A DNA stretch of 64,000 bases from the human T2T-CHM13v2.0 reference genome, Homo sapiens. The stretch lies in the NCBI RefSeq assembly GCF_009914755.1, contig NC_060931.1. The stretch is one strand, 5' to 3'. This document shows positions 26,261 to 39,226 of the stretch, piece after piece. The notes beneath the pieces are model-generated. The model had not been told where the DNA came from and did no database searches. It saw only the letters and a list, made by a program, of their open reading frames with translations. The stretch's first letter is position 1. Each line of letters opens with the position of its first letter. The position numbers and the translations under genes are program-made.

Positions 26261-29200
26261 TTTCAAGTTTTATTTTAGATACAGGGGGTATGTGTGCAGG
26301 TTTGTTACATGGTTATATTGCACCCAGGTAGCGAGTATAGTCCCCAGTACATAGTTTTTTGATCCATTCCCCCCTGCATTCCTCTCCTCTCTAGTAGTTC
26401 ACAGTGTCCATTGTTCTCATGTTTATGTCCATGTCCATGGGTGCTCAATGTATAGCTCCCACTTAAAAGTCAGAAGATGTAGTATTTGATTTTCTGTTCC
26501 TGCATTAATTCGCTTAGGATTAAGGCCTCCAGTTGCATCCCTGTTGCTGAAAAGGTTATGATTTCATTCTTTTTTTTTTTGTCTGCATAGTATTCTATGG
26601 TATAAATGTACACATTTTCTTTACCCAGTCCTCCATCGATGGGCACCTAGGTTGATTCCATGTCTTTGCTATGGTGAATAGTGTGGGGATAAACATATGA
26701 GTGTATGTGTCTTTTTAGTACAAACATCTATTTCCCTTTGGGTATATACACAGTGATGGGATTGCTGGATTGAATCAGAACTCTGAATGGTAGTTCTTTG
26801 AGAAATCTCCAAGTACTTTCCACAGTCCTGAACTAAATTACATTCCCACCAATAGTGTATAGGTGTTCCCTTTTCTTTGCAGCTTTGCCAGTATCTGTTG
26901 CTTTTTGATGTTTTAATAATAGTCATTCTGACTGGTGTGAAATGTTGTCTTGTGGTTTTGATTTGCATTTCTCCAATGATTAGTGAAGATAAAGATTTTT
27001 TCAATGATGTTTGCCTTTTTTTTTCTCTTTTTTAAAAATTATACTTTAAGTTCTGGGATACATGTGCAGAACGTGCAGTTTTGTTACAAAGGTATACGCG
27101 TGCCATGGTGGTTTGCTGCATCCATCAAACTGTCAGCTACATTAAGTATTTCTCCTAATGTTATCTCTCCCCTAACCCCCTACCCCCCGACTATGTCTTC
27201 TTTTGAGAAGTGTCTGTTCATGTCCTTTATCCATTTTTTAATGGGGTTGTTTTCTGTTTGTTCATTCATTTAAGTTTCTTATAGATTCTGAATGTTACGT
27301 ATTTCTTTGTCAGATGCATAGCTTGCAAATATTTTCTCCCATTCTCTAGCTTTTCTGTTTACTTTGATGGTTTCATTTGCTATGTAGAAGCTCTTTAATT
27401 AGCTCTTACTTGTCAATTTTTGCTTTTGGAGACTTAACAAATTTTTTTTTTTTTTCGCCCAAGTCCATGTTGACAGTGGTGTTTCCTAGGCTTTCTTCTA
27501 GGACATTTATAGTTTGAGGTCTTATATTTAAATCTTTAATCCATCTCGAATTAACACTTCTATATGGTGAAAGGTGAAGGCTCAATTTCATTCTTCTGCA
27601 TATGGCTAGCCAGCTATCCCAGCACCATTTATTGAATAGGGAACTGTGCCCCTTTGCTTGTTTTTGTTAGCCTTATCAAAGATCAGACGTTTACAAGTGT
27701 GAAGATTTATTTCTGAGTTTCTTATTCTGTTTCATTAGTCTATGAGTCTGTTTTTGCACTAGTACCATGCTGCTTTCGTTACTATTGCCTTATAATAAAG
27801 TTTGAAGTTGGGTATTGTGATGCCTCCAGCTTTCTTCTTTTTGCTTAGAATTGCTTTGACTATTTGAGCTCTAAGTCCCATATGAAACTTAGAATAGCTT
27901 TTTTTCTAATTCTGTCAAGAATGACATTGGTAGTTTGATAAAAGTAGTGTTGCATCTGTAAATTGCTTTGGGCAGTATGGCTACTTTAATAATATTGATT
28001 CTTCCAATACATGAGCCATGCTACGCTTTTCTACTTATTTGAGTCAACTCTGATTCTTTCAGCAGTGATTTTTAGTTCTCCTTGTAGAGATCTTTCACCC
28101 CCTTGGGTGACTGTATTCCTAGGTATCTCATTTTCTTTGTTGCTATTGTCAATGGGATTGTATTTTTGACTTGCCTCTCATCCTGGGCATTATTGGTATA
28201 CAGAAATGCTACTGATTTTTGTACATTAATTTGTATCTGAAACCTTAGTAAAATTGTTTATCAGCTCTAGGAGTCTGTTGGTAGATAATTTAGGGTTTTC
28301 TAGGTATAGAATCATGTCATCAGTGAACAGAGATAGTTTGATTTTTTCTTTTCTCTTTGGATGCTTTTTATTTCTTTCTTTTGCCTGACTGCCCTGGCTA
28401 GGACTTCCAGTACTATGTTGAATAAGAGTGGTGAAAGTGGGTATCCTTGTCTTGTTCCAGTTCTCAAAGGGAACTTTGGCCTGTTTAGTATGATGTTGGC
28501 TATGGGTTTGTCATAGATGGCTCATTAGTTTGAGGTATATTCCTTTGATGCCTTGTTTTTTGAAGGTTTTAACTATGAAGAAATGTTGGATTTTATTGGA
28601 AGCTTTTTCTGCATCTATTGAGATGATCATATGGTTTTATTTTTAATTCTGTTTAAGGGATTAATCACAATTATTGATTTGTGTGTTGAACCAGCCTTCC
28701 ATCCCACAAATAAAGGCTAGTTAATCATGGTGTATTAACTTTTTGATGTGCTGCTGTATTCAATGTGCTAGTATTTTGTTGAGGATTTTTGTGTCTATGT
28801 TCATCAGGGATATTGACATGAAGTTTTCTTTTTTGTGCTGTGTCTCTGCCAGATTTTGGTATGAGGTTGATGCTAGCCTCATAGAATGAGTTAAGGAGGA
28901 GCGCTTCCTCCTCATCTTTTTTGGAATATGTTCAGTAGGATTGGGTACCAGTTCTTATTTGTACATCTGATAAAATTCAGCTGTGATCCATCTGGTCCAG
29001 GGATTTTTTTTTTTTTTGGTTGGTAGGTGTTTTATTACTGAATCAACTTCAGAGCTCAAGATTGGTCTATTCGGGGTTTCAACCTCTTATTGAGTCAATA
29101 TGGGGAGATTGTGTGTTTCCAGGAATTTATCCATTTCCTCTATATTTTCTAATTTGTGTGCACAGAGTTGTTCATAGTATTTTCTGAGGATCTTGTATTT

Positions 29201-29884
29201 ATGTGGGATCAATTGTAATATTATGTTTATAATTTGATTTACTTATTTTTCTCTTTTTTTTATTAATCTAGCTAGCAGTCTATCAATTTTATTTTTGCAA
29301 AGAACAAACTATTGGTTTCATTGATTTTTTTATGGATTCCTGCATCTCAATTTCATTGAGTTCTTCTGAAATTCTCGTTATTTATTTTCTTCTGCTAGTA
29401 TTGGGATTGTTTTGTTCTTTTTATTCTAATTCTTTTAAGTGCAAAGTTAGATTTTTTATTTGAGATCTTTCTAACTTCTCGATGAAGGCATTTATGCTAT
29501 AAACTTTGCTCTTAATACCGCTTTAGCTACATCTCAGATCTGGGTAAGTCATGTCTGCATTTTCAATAATTTCATTTTTTAAACTTCTACCTTAATTCTG
29601 ATGTTTACTCATGAGTTATTCAGGAGCAGGTTGTTTGATTTCCATAAATGTGTGCAGTTTTGAGAATTCTTCTTGAAACTGATTTCTATTTTAATTGCAC
29701 TGTGGTCCAAGAGTATGCTTGGCATGATTTTAGTTTTTCTCAATCTATTGATACTTGCTTTTTGACCAATCAATATGTTCTATGTGCCAATGAGAAGGAT
29801 GTATATTCTGTGATTATTGGGTGGTCTGCAGATGTCTATTAGGTCCAACTGATCAAGTGTTGAGTTTAAGTCTAGAATTTCTTT
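26257..29884 (-). mobile_element. LINE-1 older primate L1PA (about L1PA13-15), 5'-truncated 3.6 kb
   Basis: Antisense 3'UTR 'ttttattttagatacagggggtatgtgtgcaggtttgttacatgg', then continuous antisense ORF2 up to the endonuclease region ('gatgtctattaggtccaactgatcaagtgttgagtttaagtc'). Confidence 0.95.
27016..27191 (-). mobile_element. L1PA7-like 3'-terminal fragment nested in the older L1
   Basis: T-rich tail plus 'ttatactttaagttctgggatacatgtgcagaacgtgcag...ccccccgac' interrupts the host L1. Confidence 0.9.
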
Positions 29885-30339
29885 TAAACCTATTTCTTTG
29901 CTTTGGAGACATATGGGCACCAACAGTGAACAACTGTTCTTTCATACTAAGCTCTTTGGTTTTCCATGGGAAATGTTCAGATGTATCTATTCAAGTTGAA
30001 AGGAGATCTTTTTGATTTCTTAGATGAAATCTTGACTCTACATGACCACTCTCATGGAAAGGATAGGCCTTGACATGCATTTATATTACAGATATAATCT
30101 GTTTGTTTCCAAAATATAACCATCTTCTTTAAGGCAAGTTTATCCCACCATCCCAAGAATACATCTAAGTGTAGAAAATAATTGCAAAAATGGAAATGGA
30201 GTTTTTCCTCTTAAAATTAAACTCGACTTAACTTAGTCATAAAAAAACCCAAAATACTATTGTCTAAGAATAAATGCTTATTTTTTCATACATAATTATA
30301 TGAAAAAAAGAGTTGGTGTCTATTCTTCGTAATTATCAA

Positions 30340-30640
30340 TGAGAGGCCTATATTATTTTTCTTATTTGTCTGCTTTCTTTAAATGATGGCATCTACTTTA
30401 TAGTCCAGACTAGCTTCTCCAGCTGCAGCTGTCACATCTGCATTATAATCAGAAAGAAGAAAAGACAGAAGAAGGATATTTCTCCTTCTTTTAAGTATAT
30501 TTCCTGGAAGTTAAATGCACCTTTTCTTCTGCTCAGACACCATTGATCAGAACAAATAGAAAATCTGGTTGCAAGGGGGGCTAGAAATACAGATTCTTCA
30601 CTGTGTCACCACACATACAGCTATGCTTAGGGAGATCAAT
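30340..30640 (-). mobile_element. Old MLT1-type LTR relic
   Basis: 'gcttctccagctgcagctgtcacatctgcatt...cattgatcagaac...ttgcaaggggggctagaaatacag'. Confidence 0.45.
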
Positions 30641-31879
30641 TGCTGAAGATAAAGGAAAGAATATGTGAAGAGAAAACACTGTCTCCCTTAGGAGGCTCAT
30701 TTGATTTTGAGAATTTGGACCAGTTCCTTGTCCAAATAACCTCACCAGAAAAAAAACTTACTAAAATTATTTTGAACATTAAAAGAGACTCTTGTAAATT
30801 TACAGCACTTTTTTGATGCTGGTAAGTCCTACATGGCTGTAATTTTACAACTAATTTGTAATGAGTATGCTTTATGGACATCTCAGTGTCTATTGGTATA
30901 TTCAATAGTAAGCAAGTTAAGAAAATGTCTTCTTTATTTACCATGTATTCAATAATAACGAATACATTTTCAACATTAGTCACAAAAATTACTGCTGTAA
31001 CTTAATGATGAATTATCACAACACATTCCTTACTTTGGCTAACATTTACCAAACTTTTTTCTCAAACTTGTGCAGTTTAGGATATTATTAGTTCTGGTGA
31101 CAAACATAGAATGATGAAGGGATTCAAACCACACAAAAATGTCAGCAATAACTAAAATATTATCATTACTACAGTGCCACAATATCTCCTGGTGCCTATG
31201 AAAGTATCCCAGGTTGCCTGGGACAATAAACTTGTTCGTCTTTCATGGTGTCAGAATTCAGTAAAAATCTTTCTTTTCCCAAAAAAATTATCAGGTTTTA
31301 ATAAACACATTTTGACATGTCTGGCTTCATAGTATACTATGTCTCATCTCTCATTTTTTAGCTTGTCAGATATTGTCACAACAGAAAATATACAGTACTC
31401 AATTTTAGCAGCAATAGGCTTCACGTATTTATCAAAAATAGTGCACACCCATGAAGACTTGGCAGGCCACCAAAGTGGCCTGGAAACCCTTCTGAGAACC
31501 ACTACCACCAAAAACATGCAATCTCATCTGTTCTTGTGGCTAAATTTGAAAGTAGTAATACTCTATAGACATATTTTTGGTTTTTCAATATGAATGTATT
31601 TTTTATTATTCTTATTTTTTAACTTAGTTACCATCTCTCTTATTATATAAGCAGTAAGCCTGTTAGTATGTTTATACATATTTTAATGTGATTTTATAAG
31701 ACATGTAGCATACCTGGTGTTATATTACATATTACATGCATGAAGCAGACACTAATAGAACTCTGATTAAGCCTTTGCATGCTGCCATTTTTATGTCCAC
31801 CTGAGGGCTTCTGAATCCTATTATCTGCATTTCTACTTCTCAGGTTTTTTTTGTTTTTTGTTTTTCCTGAAGCTATGGA

Positions 31880-32218
31880 AGGCTAATCTATCCCAGCATA
31901 CAGCAGGCCAGAAGTCCTGCATCCCCTGGAAACAGTCTTTAACTGGTGACTGATGGTAGTGTCTCAGCTCCCTTGCTCTTTTGTTGGGATAATTTTGAGG
32001 CACATGTGTTATACCATCCTCCAGTGTTTCCCTGTAAGAATGAACTCCAGTCACCCATGTTGATTGCTGGCTTAGTCACTCACACAATATTGGCTGCCAC
32101 CATTTCCCTGTGTCATTTTCTTCCTTTTCCCAGAAACTCTGAAAAAGAAAAATGCTGTTTGCATTTGTAATTTTTACTCGAATATTTTCTCCTCAGTTTG
32201 GGGAAACCACATTAAGCC
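31880..32218 (+). mobile_element. ERVL LTR (LTR16-like) relic
   Basis: 'cagctcccttgc...tgggataattttgaggcacatg...ctccagtcacccatg...gggaaaccacattaagcca'. Confidence 0.6.
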
Positions 32219-32603
32219 AATATGATAAATGTCTCCCTGAATTTTCCTTTGCATATATAATTTCATTTTCTTTGTCTTAATATAATATCTCACATTCTCT
32301 TGTTTGAATTGTTACAGTAACTTCTCACCTGATCTCGACTGATTCACAGTCACTGGTTTTCTTCCTAAATCCCAAGGTTGGACTTGACTCAAACCTATTC
32401 AAAAATTTTCATTGCCTACTCTATAATGGCCCAATATGCAAAAGCTTCCAAAATTTCGCCTGGATATTTGCTTTCAACCTTGCTTTTCACTTTATCACCC
32501 AACTCTACTCTAGTGAGAGCAGAGAGGTTGCTGCCTGTAAACATAGCGTCCCATGCTCTCTCAAGCTTCAGTACTTCTACATAAGCTGGTTTCTCTGCCT
32601 AAA

Positions 32604-32771
32604 ACTGTGTTGTTCAATATAGAAACCATTAAATTTAAATTAAATAAGTTTTAGCATTCTGTTTTAAAGTTTCAAGTTTTTGGTAGCCACAAGTGGTTCA
32701 TGGCTATTATATCAGACACAACAGATATATAACATTTCTCTCATAGCAGAAAGTTCTATCAGACACCACTG
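32604..32771 (-). mobile_element. MER3 (hAT-Charlie MITE)
   Basis: 'tagccacaagtgg...cagatatataacatttctctcatagcagaaagttctatcagacaccactg' matches the reverse complement of the recalled MER3 consensus. Confidence 0.75.
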
Positions 32772-33225
32772 GTCTGGAGCAACTTTGCTTTTATATTTAA
32801 TGTTTAAAATACTTCTTTTTTTTCCCTTCTCATTGTGTCTCAAAAGCTAACATTTTTGCGAGAAATTCTCCCAATAAAGTCACGTGACTTTACTGATTTA
32901 TTTATCTTTGCTTCATTCAATCACATGGCAGATATCATGTATTTTACTTAAGAATATTTGTGCATATAAACCTGTTCCCACTTAGGCAGATACCTTAAAG
33001 ACAGGATTAGTGCATTCTCATCTTTGTATTTCTGGAGACACTTAACACAGTGCTTTACTTATCAACAACTACTTGTTTAATTATTGTGAACCAATCAAAT
33101 CAACCTAAACTCTCCAGAAATTATTTATATAGGTTTCTTTTGAACTACTTCTTTCCAAATTCTATATTTTTGCCATCACTATTTAGAATCTAGTCTTGTC
33201 TGTTAAGTTTTGAAAGCCTATCTAA

Positions 33226-34504
33226 TTTTTTTTTCCAGTGGAAAATAACTTTTATTCAGACCCCATCAGCTGCAAAATCTGTTCCTGGCATTAAGCTCCT
33301 TCTTGCTTTGCAATCTGGTCTTTTTTAGTGGTTCTTCTCCTCCATGGTCTGGAAGTGGTCACGGCCAAACCTGGAAACAGTGTTGATGAACTTAAGGTCA
33401 GTCTTCTCCAGAGCAGGACGCTTGGTCTGCACCATCAAAGGCTTGCGGAGGTGAGCACTCACTTCTTGATTCCCACCACACAGCCTTTCAGCATGACAAA
33501 GTCATTGTTCATTTCATTATAGTGGACAAAGCCACCCAGAGGGTTGATGCTCTTGTCGGACAGGTCACCATCAGTGGAGGCATTGTTCTTGATCCATTTT
33601 TCATCCTTCGTAAGGTAGCCATGGCCAATGTTACAGATTTTCTTGTTATTCTCAGTGCAGTGATGGTAGCCTTTCTGCCCAGCACATGCCACAGAGAAGG
33701 CCACACAGGCAGGATGCCACATCCTGATATAAGGAGCCTTACACAGCCTTTGGTGGGTCTTGTGGGTCAGCTTCTTGGTGTGCCAATGACTGGTGACCCC
33801 TTTTGTAGCCTTTGCACTTGGTCACCTCAATGGCATCAATTACCCTGTCCTACCCAAATACTTGGTTCACAGGGACCTGGTGCTCTAGCATTTCCCAGGC
33901 TCAGTCCAGTTTCTCAGCCACAGTGCCTCAGTTCACCTGGATCTCCATCGGCGTGCCTTCTTCTGGCACAGAGGAAGCAGGCACATCTAAGTATGGGCAA
34001 TGATAGAGATGACTTGGCAGTACATTTTCATGCTGTTGAATTCCTTCTCCAGCTGCTTGTTGCCATCCTCATTCTGCCATTTCTTGTAGTACTTGGTAAA
34101 GGCCATCTTTATAGATTATGCCGGTTCTTATGGAAACACCTTTGCATTCATTGCTGATGTGCTCAGCAAAGACAGTCTTGAAGGTCTGGAGGCCTTGAGC
34201 GATTTCCATATAGCCACAATGCCCACAACTACCATGGGCGGTGTCTCCACAACTGTCACAGCCTCTACCACTTCCTTGTTCACCTTGGATCCTGGGCTGT
34301 CAGCTTCTCACATGATGTAGGCCATACCAGCCTTGTATCCCAGGAAGGCTGTGAGGTGGAATGGCTTGGAAGGTTCATCCTTAGGGAAGCTCTTCACCTT
34401 CCCATGAAGCCTGCTGCTGCGCTTCCAAGGCAGGAAGCCTAGGGACCCAAGCCAGGGAACAGTGAACTTCCAGTTAGACAGCACACTGTCACGTCCCGCT
34501 GGTC
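33226..34504 (-). pseudogene. RPL3P: Processed pseudogene of 60S ribosomal protein L3 (uL3)
   Basis: Minus-strand translation matches RPL3 throughout ([87 protein letters not shown]). No introns; part of 5'UTR retained; ATG changed to CTG at 34481-34479; premature TGA at 33461-33459; native TAA at 33293-33291; AATAAA at 33256-33251; poly(A) remnant 33234-33226. Confidence 0.97.
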
Positions 34505-37500
34505 ATAACTGTAAATCTTAATTGTATCATCTGTCTCGATTCATTTTGTCAGTTGTAGATATAACTGACAAAATACAAATACATAGTTTATTTTATTTCT
34601 CAGAGCACTAATTTTTTATTGCTCTCCTGGCATCTAAGTACACTGATGTAAGCTTCCCGTTGCTCTTTGGGGTTATAAAATCCTAGAGAATAGATGCTAT
34701 ATCTATCTAATTAAATTTGCCTATATTCTTGCATAGAATTTTGCTTATTGATTGCTTCATTTTGATGTTTGTTGCCACTTGCAGTACCTATTTGCAAAGA
34801 AAACCCATACATGCAAGTGGTTCGCTCTTCAATATTGGAAATATATTCTGGTTGAACTTCTCTTCCATTTATTTAGCTAAACATTAATAGAAGTTTTGAG
34901 TAGAGTTGGCCAAAAATAACCCTAGATTCTTTCACTGGAGATTTAAATCTCCCTTGATGTGATTCACAGACATTCTGTATGTATTGCTTCTTAACCTGTT
35001 GTGCATGTAAATAACAGTCCTATTATCTTTCTCAAATTTTATGATTTTCTATGTATGGATTATAAGGAGGACTTACTAAGCTGATGTTTATTTTTGCAGA
35101 GACCGTATGGACTCTAAATTATCACCAAATTATCTTAAAAGTTCTGTCAAACTATCAAAGAATATAGTTTAAACAAACCCAAGATAATCTTTTATAAATA
35201 TGTTTATTAATTCAGGCCAAATATTTTTAATACATTTTTACTTTGAGGTATCAACCGTTTCATTTTCTTTTGAATAAAGATACCTAAAAACCATAGTCAA
35301 ATATATGATGAGCTTTTATTTCTAAAGTGTTTGCTGAACTATGACACTCAAGAGTACACCAAATTTTCTTAATTACAGTGAATAAACAAAGTTTGAACAC
35401 AAATAATTTCCAACTACTGATACCCATTGTTACATTTCTCAAATTCAAAACAAAAGTATTTCAGGAATTAAAGTTCAATAAATAATATCTAATCATTAGT
35501 TACTGAATGTTTAACATCATATGATTCCATACATTTTGTTATTCATGTCTACTAACTTTAGATTTTTAAAGTTTAAAATAGAAAATGTAATCTTACTTTA
35601 AGCTTTAATTAAGGACAGAATATTCAGAAGTGTCTAACACCTGCTTTATAATAAGTACCGTATTATTTCAAATGCCAGATGGACCAATTAAAATATTCTT
35701 TCAGATGATGCAAAATCTTATGATGTAGGTTGTTTTTTTAATCCAAATTTAAATATGCACTATAAGAATGTAAAATTATCTAAGTACATGTTAACGAAAT
35801 AACTTCATTTTTATCATGAAGGGAATGCAAAGGACTAAGTCTTTTTTTTTGCACTCCTCCATGATGACCTCCCCATTCTTATCTTTCAATTTCACTAATG
35901 CTTTACTACCTGAGTTCTTGTTTCCCCATGATTACTGCTGCTAGAAACAGCTAATATTTTACATGGAAAATGAACACCCTAAAACAAAGAGAGAATTACA
36001 GGCTTTCAATTTACAATTAACCAGAAATTAAAACTGATGAAAGATAAAATGTATAGAGAAATATAGACAAAAATTTGTATATACTTTATAAAACCTATAA
36101 CTTCAGCCAGCTCATATGTTTATACCAACTATTTAGTTACCATTTATTTCATTCATGTAGTAGAAACCCCATTAGTAGGTCCTATCTGGATCATCCATCT
36201 AGTACATGTTTTCCACACACTGAAGGTGTAAGTTTGGTGGAATTTCCTCAAAAGCATTATTCACAGTCCCTAACACCTTTTTTACACCCATTATTTGTAA
36301 ATAGCTGATTATGCATAAAGTGATGGGTTCCCCTATATCTGGTCACTGATTCAGAAAATAATTTCACAATTTTATTATCATCAGGCAAAGATAAAAGCTT
36401 TATCCTCTGTTTTGGTGATTTGTTTATATCTAGTTGATAGCTTCCTTTCCATTTTCTTGTTATACACCTTTCTTCTCCAATAACCTCTAAAATCCTCTGG
36501 GGTTGAGGCCTGGTGTCATCCATCTTTGTATCTCTGATGCCTGGCACCATGCCTAGAACACTAAATGTTTCCAAGCATTTGGCTGTGGGCTGTGGCATAT
36601 GTGGCTTTTAATTTCATCAGTATGTAAGGCTCCATCTTTTCATACCAATAAATACATTTACCAGCATCACAGGGGGCAACCTCGGTATGGAGCAACCAGA
36701 GCTACTGCTTAAGCCCATGGCTTGGGGAAATTCACACTACTATTTAGCAGTGACCCAGAAAGACCAAATATTGGTTGATTCATGTTTAAAAAAAGCCTTC
36801 TGACTTCTGTATACAACAGAAGCAGCCTGTCAGATGAGCTGTTATCATGTTAACACAGCACTGTGTAGCCCCTGTGTTCTGTTTCTTCTTTCCACATAAA
36901 ACTTTTCATTGAGGTTCTTTAAACACCCAGTTTGCCTTTATTTGGTTTGAATACATCTATTCATCTATGTATTCAAAACAACCTGAGATCACAACCTGAG
37001 GGCTATAAATATCATGTTTTTAGACTCACAGGTATCTAATTTCATCTTGAAAGCATCCCATATGTTTTAAAGTCTCTGAAGTCAGGAGAGCTTGGGAGAC
37101 TACAGTTGAACAATTGTTCATAGCCTTCCTGACATTAGGAACACAATGGTCAAATCTTATATCTAATAGTCTAAAGCTACAGCCAAATAGGATGCTCAAT
37201 GACACATTTAGTTACAGAAGCTAGTAATCTCCCAACGAGACAGGAGAAAAGGAGATCACTTTTTAAGTGAGATCTTAATCAGGAAGTTAGCTTTCCCCAC
37301 AAAAGATTCAGGACAGATTGGAGAATGCACAGTGCAGTTTACAGAGCATAACACTGAGTTCTAATAAGAGAGAAAAGAAGAAACTCCATTTTCTCCTAAA
37401 TATAGAGACAAGTCATTCTGAATAATAGTAAGTCAATCAGACAGCAAGAATTTTTCTATCAACTGGAAATAAGAAAGGGCTACGTGCCAAAACACAGATA

Positions 37501-37566
37501 AAATTTCAGGACTCAGAATGAACACTAAGAAACCTTATGAACAAAAATAAAATTTGCATAAAACAA

Positions 37567-37569
<3 letters not shown>

Positions 37570-37608
<39 letters not shown>

Positions 37609-37624
37609 GAGAGAGAGAGGGAGA
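37570..37624. repeat. (TG)n-(GA)n compound microsatellite
   Basis: About 17 TG units followed by GA units. Confidence 0.95.
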
Positions 37625-37778
37625 ATGCCAGAATATCACTTGGTATATACTTGTTCCCACAGAAATAGAAGAGCAATATGAACCAGGTGAGAATAAAGAC
37701 TACTTATTTAAAAACATTTCAAGAGTTAATTAGTGTGGAGGCATAGAAGTTTATATATCACTTATCATTAAGAGTTTA

Positions 37779-38151
<373 letters not shown>

Positions 38152-38176
38152 TTATGAAAATTAGTTTTGTCATTAT

Positions 38177-38618
38177 CAACCTAAATTCCCATCAATGGTA
38201 GACTGCATAAAGAACTTGTGGTACTTAAACAGCAAGCAATACTACTCAGCCATGAAAAAGAATGAGATCATGCTCTTTGCAGCAGTATGGCTGGAGTTCA
38301 GAGGCCATTATCCTAAGCAAACTAATGCAGTAACAGAAAACCAAATACTACATGTTCTCACTTATAAGTGGGAGCTAAACAGTGAATACCCATGGACACA
38401 AAGAAGGGAACAGCAGACACCATGGCCTACCTGAGGATGAAGGGAAGGAGGAGGATGAAGGGAAGGAGGAGGATGAGGATAGAAAAACTACCCATTGGGT
38501 ACCATGATTATTACCCGGGTGATGAAACAATCTGTACACCAAGCCCCCATGACATGCAATTTGCCTGTATAACAAACCTGCACATGTACACCTGAGTCCA
38601 AAATAATAGTTAAAAAAA
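38177..38618 (+). mobile_element. LINE-1 3' end (about L1PA15/16-like)
   Basis: 'aaaaagaatgagatcatg...catgttctcacttataagtgggagctaaac...aacaaacctgcacatgtac' plus A-rich tail. Confidence 0.92.
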
Positions 38619-39116
38619 TTTTTTTTAAATGTGTTGCTCTTGACTTACAACCTTCGACTAAAGAAGCCCTTCAATAATTTTTATAGAAAATGTTTCATAC
38701 TGAATGGACTTTCTCTGACTAATGCAGGTGGGAAAAGTGGGCAAATCTGGATGCAACACTCTTGAGAATCTTCTTTTACTAGAACATAATTATTGGGAGT
38801 ACTCTACATTATACCATATCCTGTGGAGTAGGAAGACTTAAAAACATGTAGCACCTTATTTCTATAGGTGGCAGTGTGAGGCAGATACACTTAAGAGTGA
38901 AGTTTAGATGCATGCTCTTCTTCATTCATCAGTGACCTGGTTTATTTCAGCAAATCTGTTAAGCCTCAAAAAGTTTTGTTAGACTATAACCTGATAAGCA
39001 AATGGAATTTAAATTTCTATTGAAGATGATGTTTCTCGATATTGTATGTACTAGAATATGTGATCTGTGAGGCTCTTTCCAGGTCTAAATTTTCATAGTA
39101 TAAGCACATTATATTT

Positions 39117-39187
39117 ATATGTATGTATGTGTGTGTGTGTGTGTGTATATATATGTGTGTGTGTATATATATGTGTGTGTGTATATA

Positions 39188-39223
<36 letters not shown>

Positions 39224-39226
39224 TAC
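39117..39226. repeat. Compound (TG)/(TA)/(CG) microsatellite
   Basis: About 110 bp of alternating purine-pyrimidine repeats. Confidence 0.95.

Noticed and set aside
33459-33722. 87-aa RPL3-like ORF as an expressed protein
   Set aside because: It is an internal pseudogene fragment ending at a premature stop
33215-34525. TSD flanking the RPL3 retrocopy (atctaatt vs atcttaatt)
   Set aside because: The match is short, imperfect and offset from the junction
35070-35160. Plus-strand splice-acceptor-like 'tttatttttgcag'
   Set aside because: No matching donor or recognisable coding frame; such sites are common by chance
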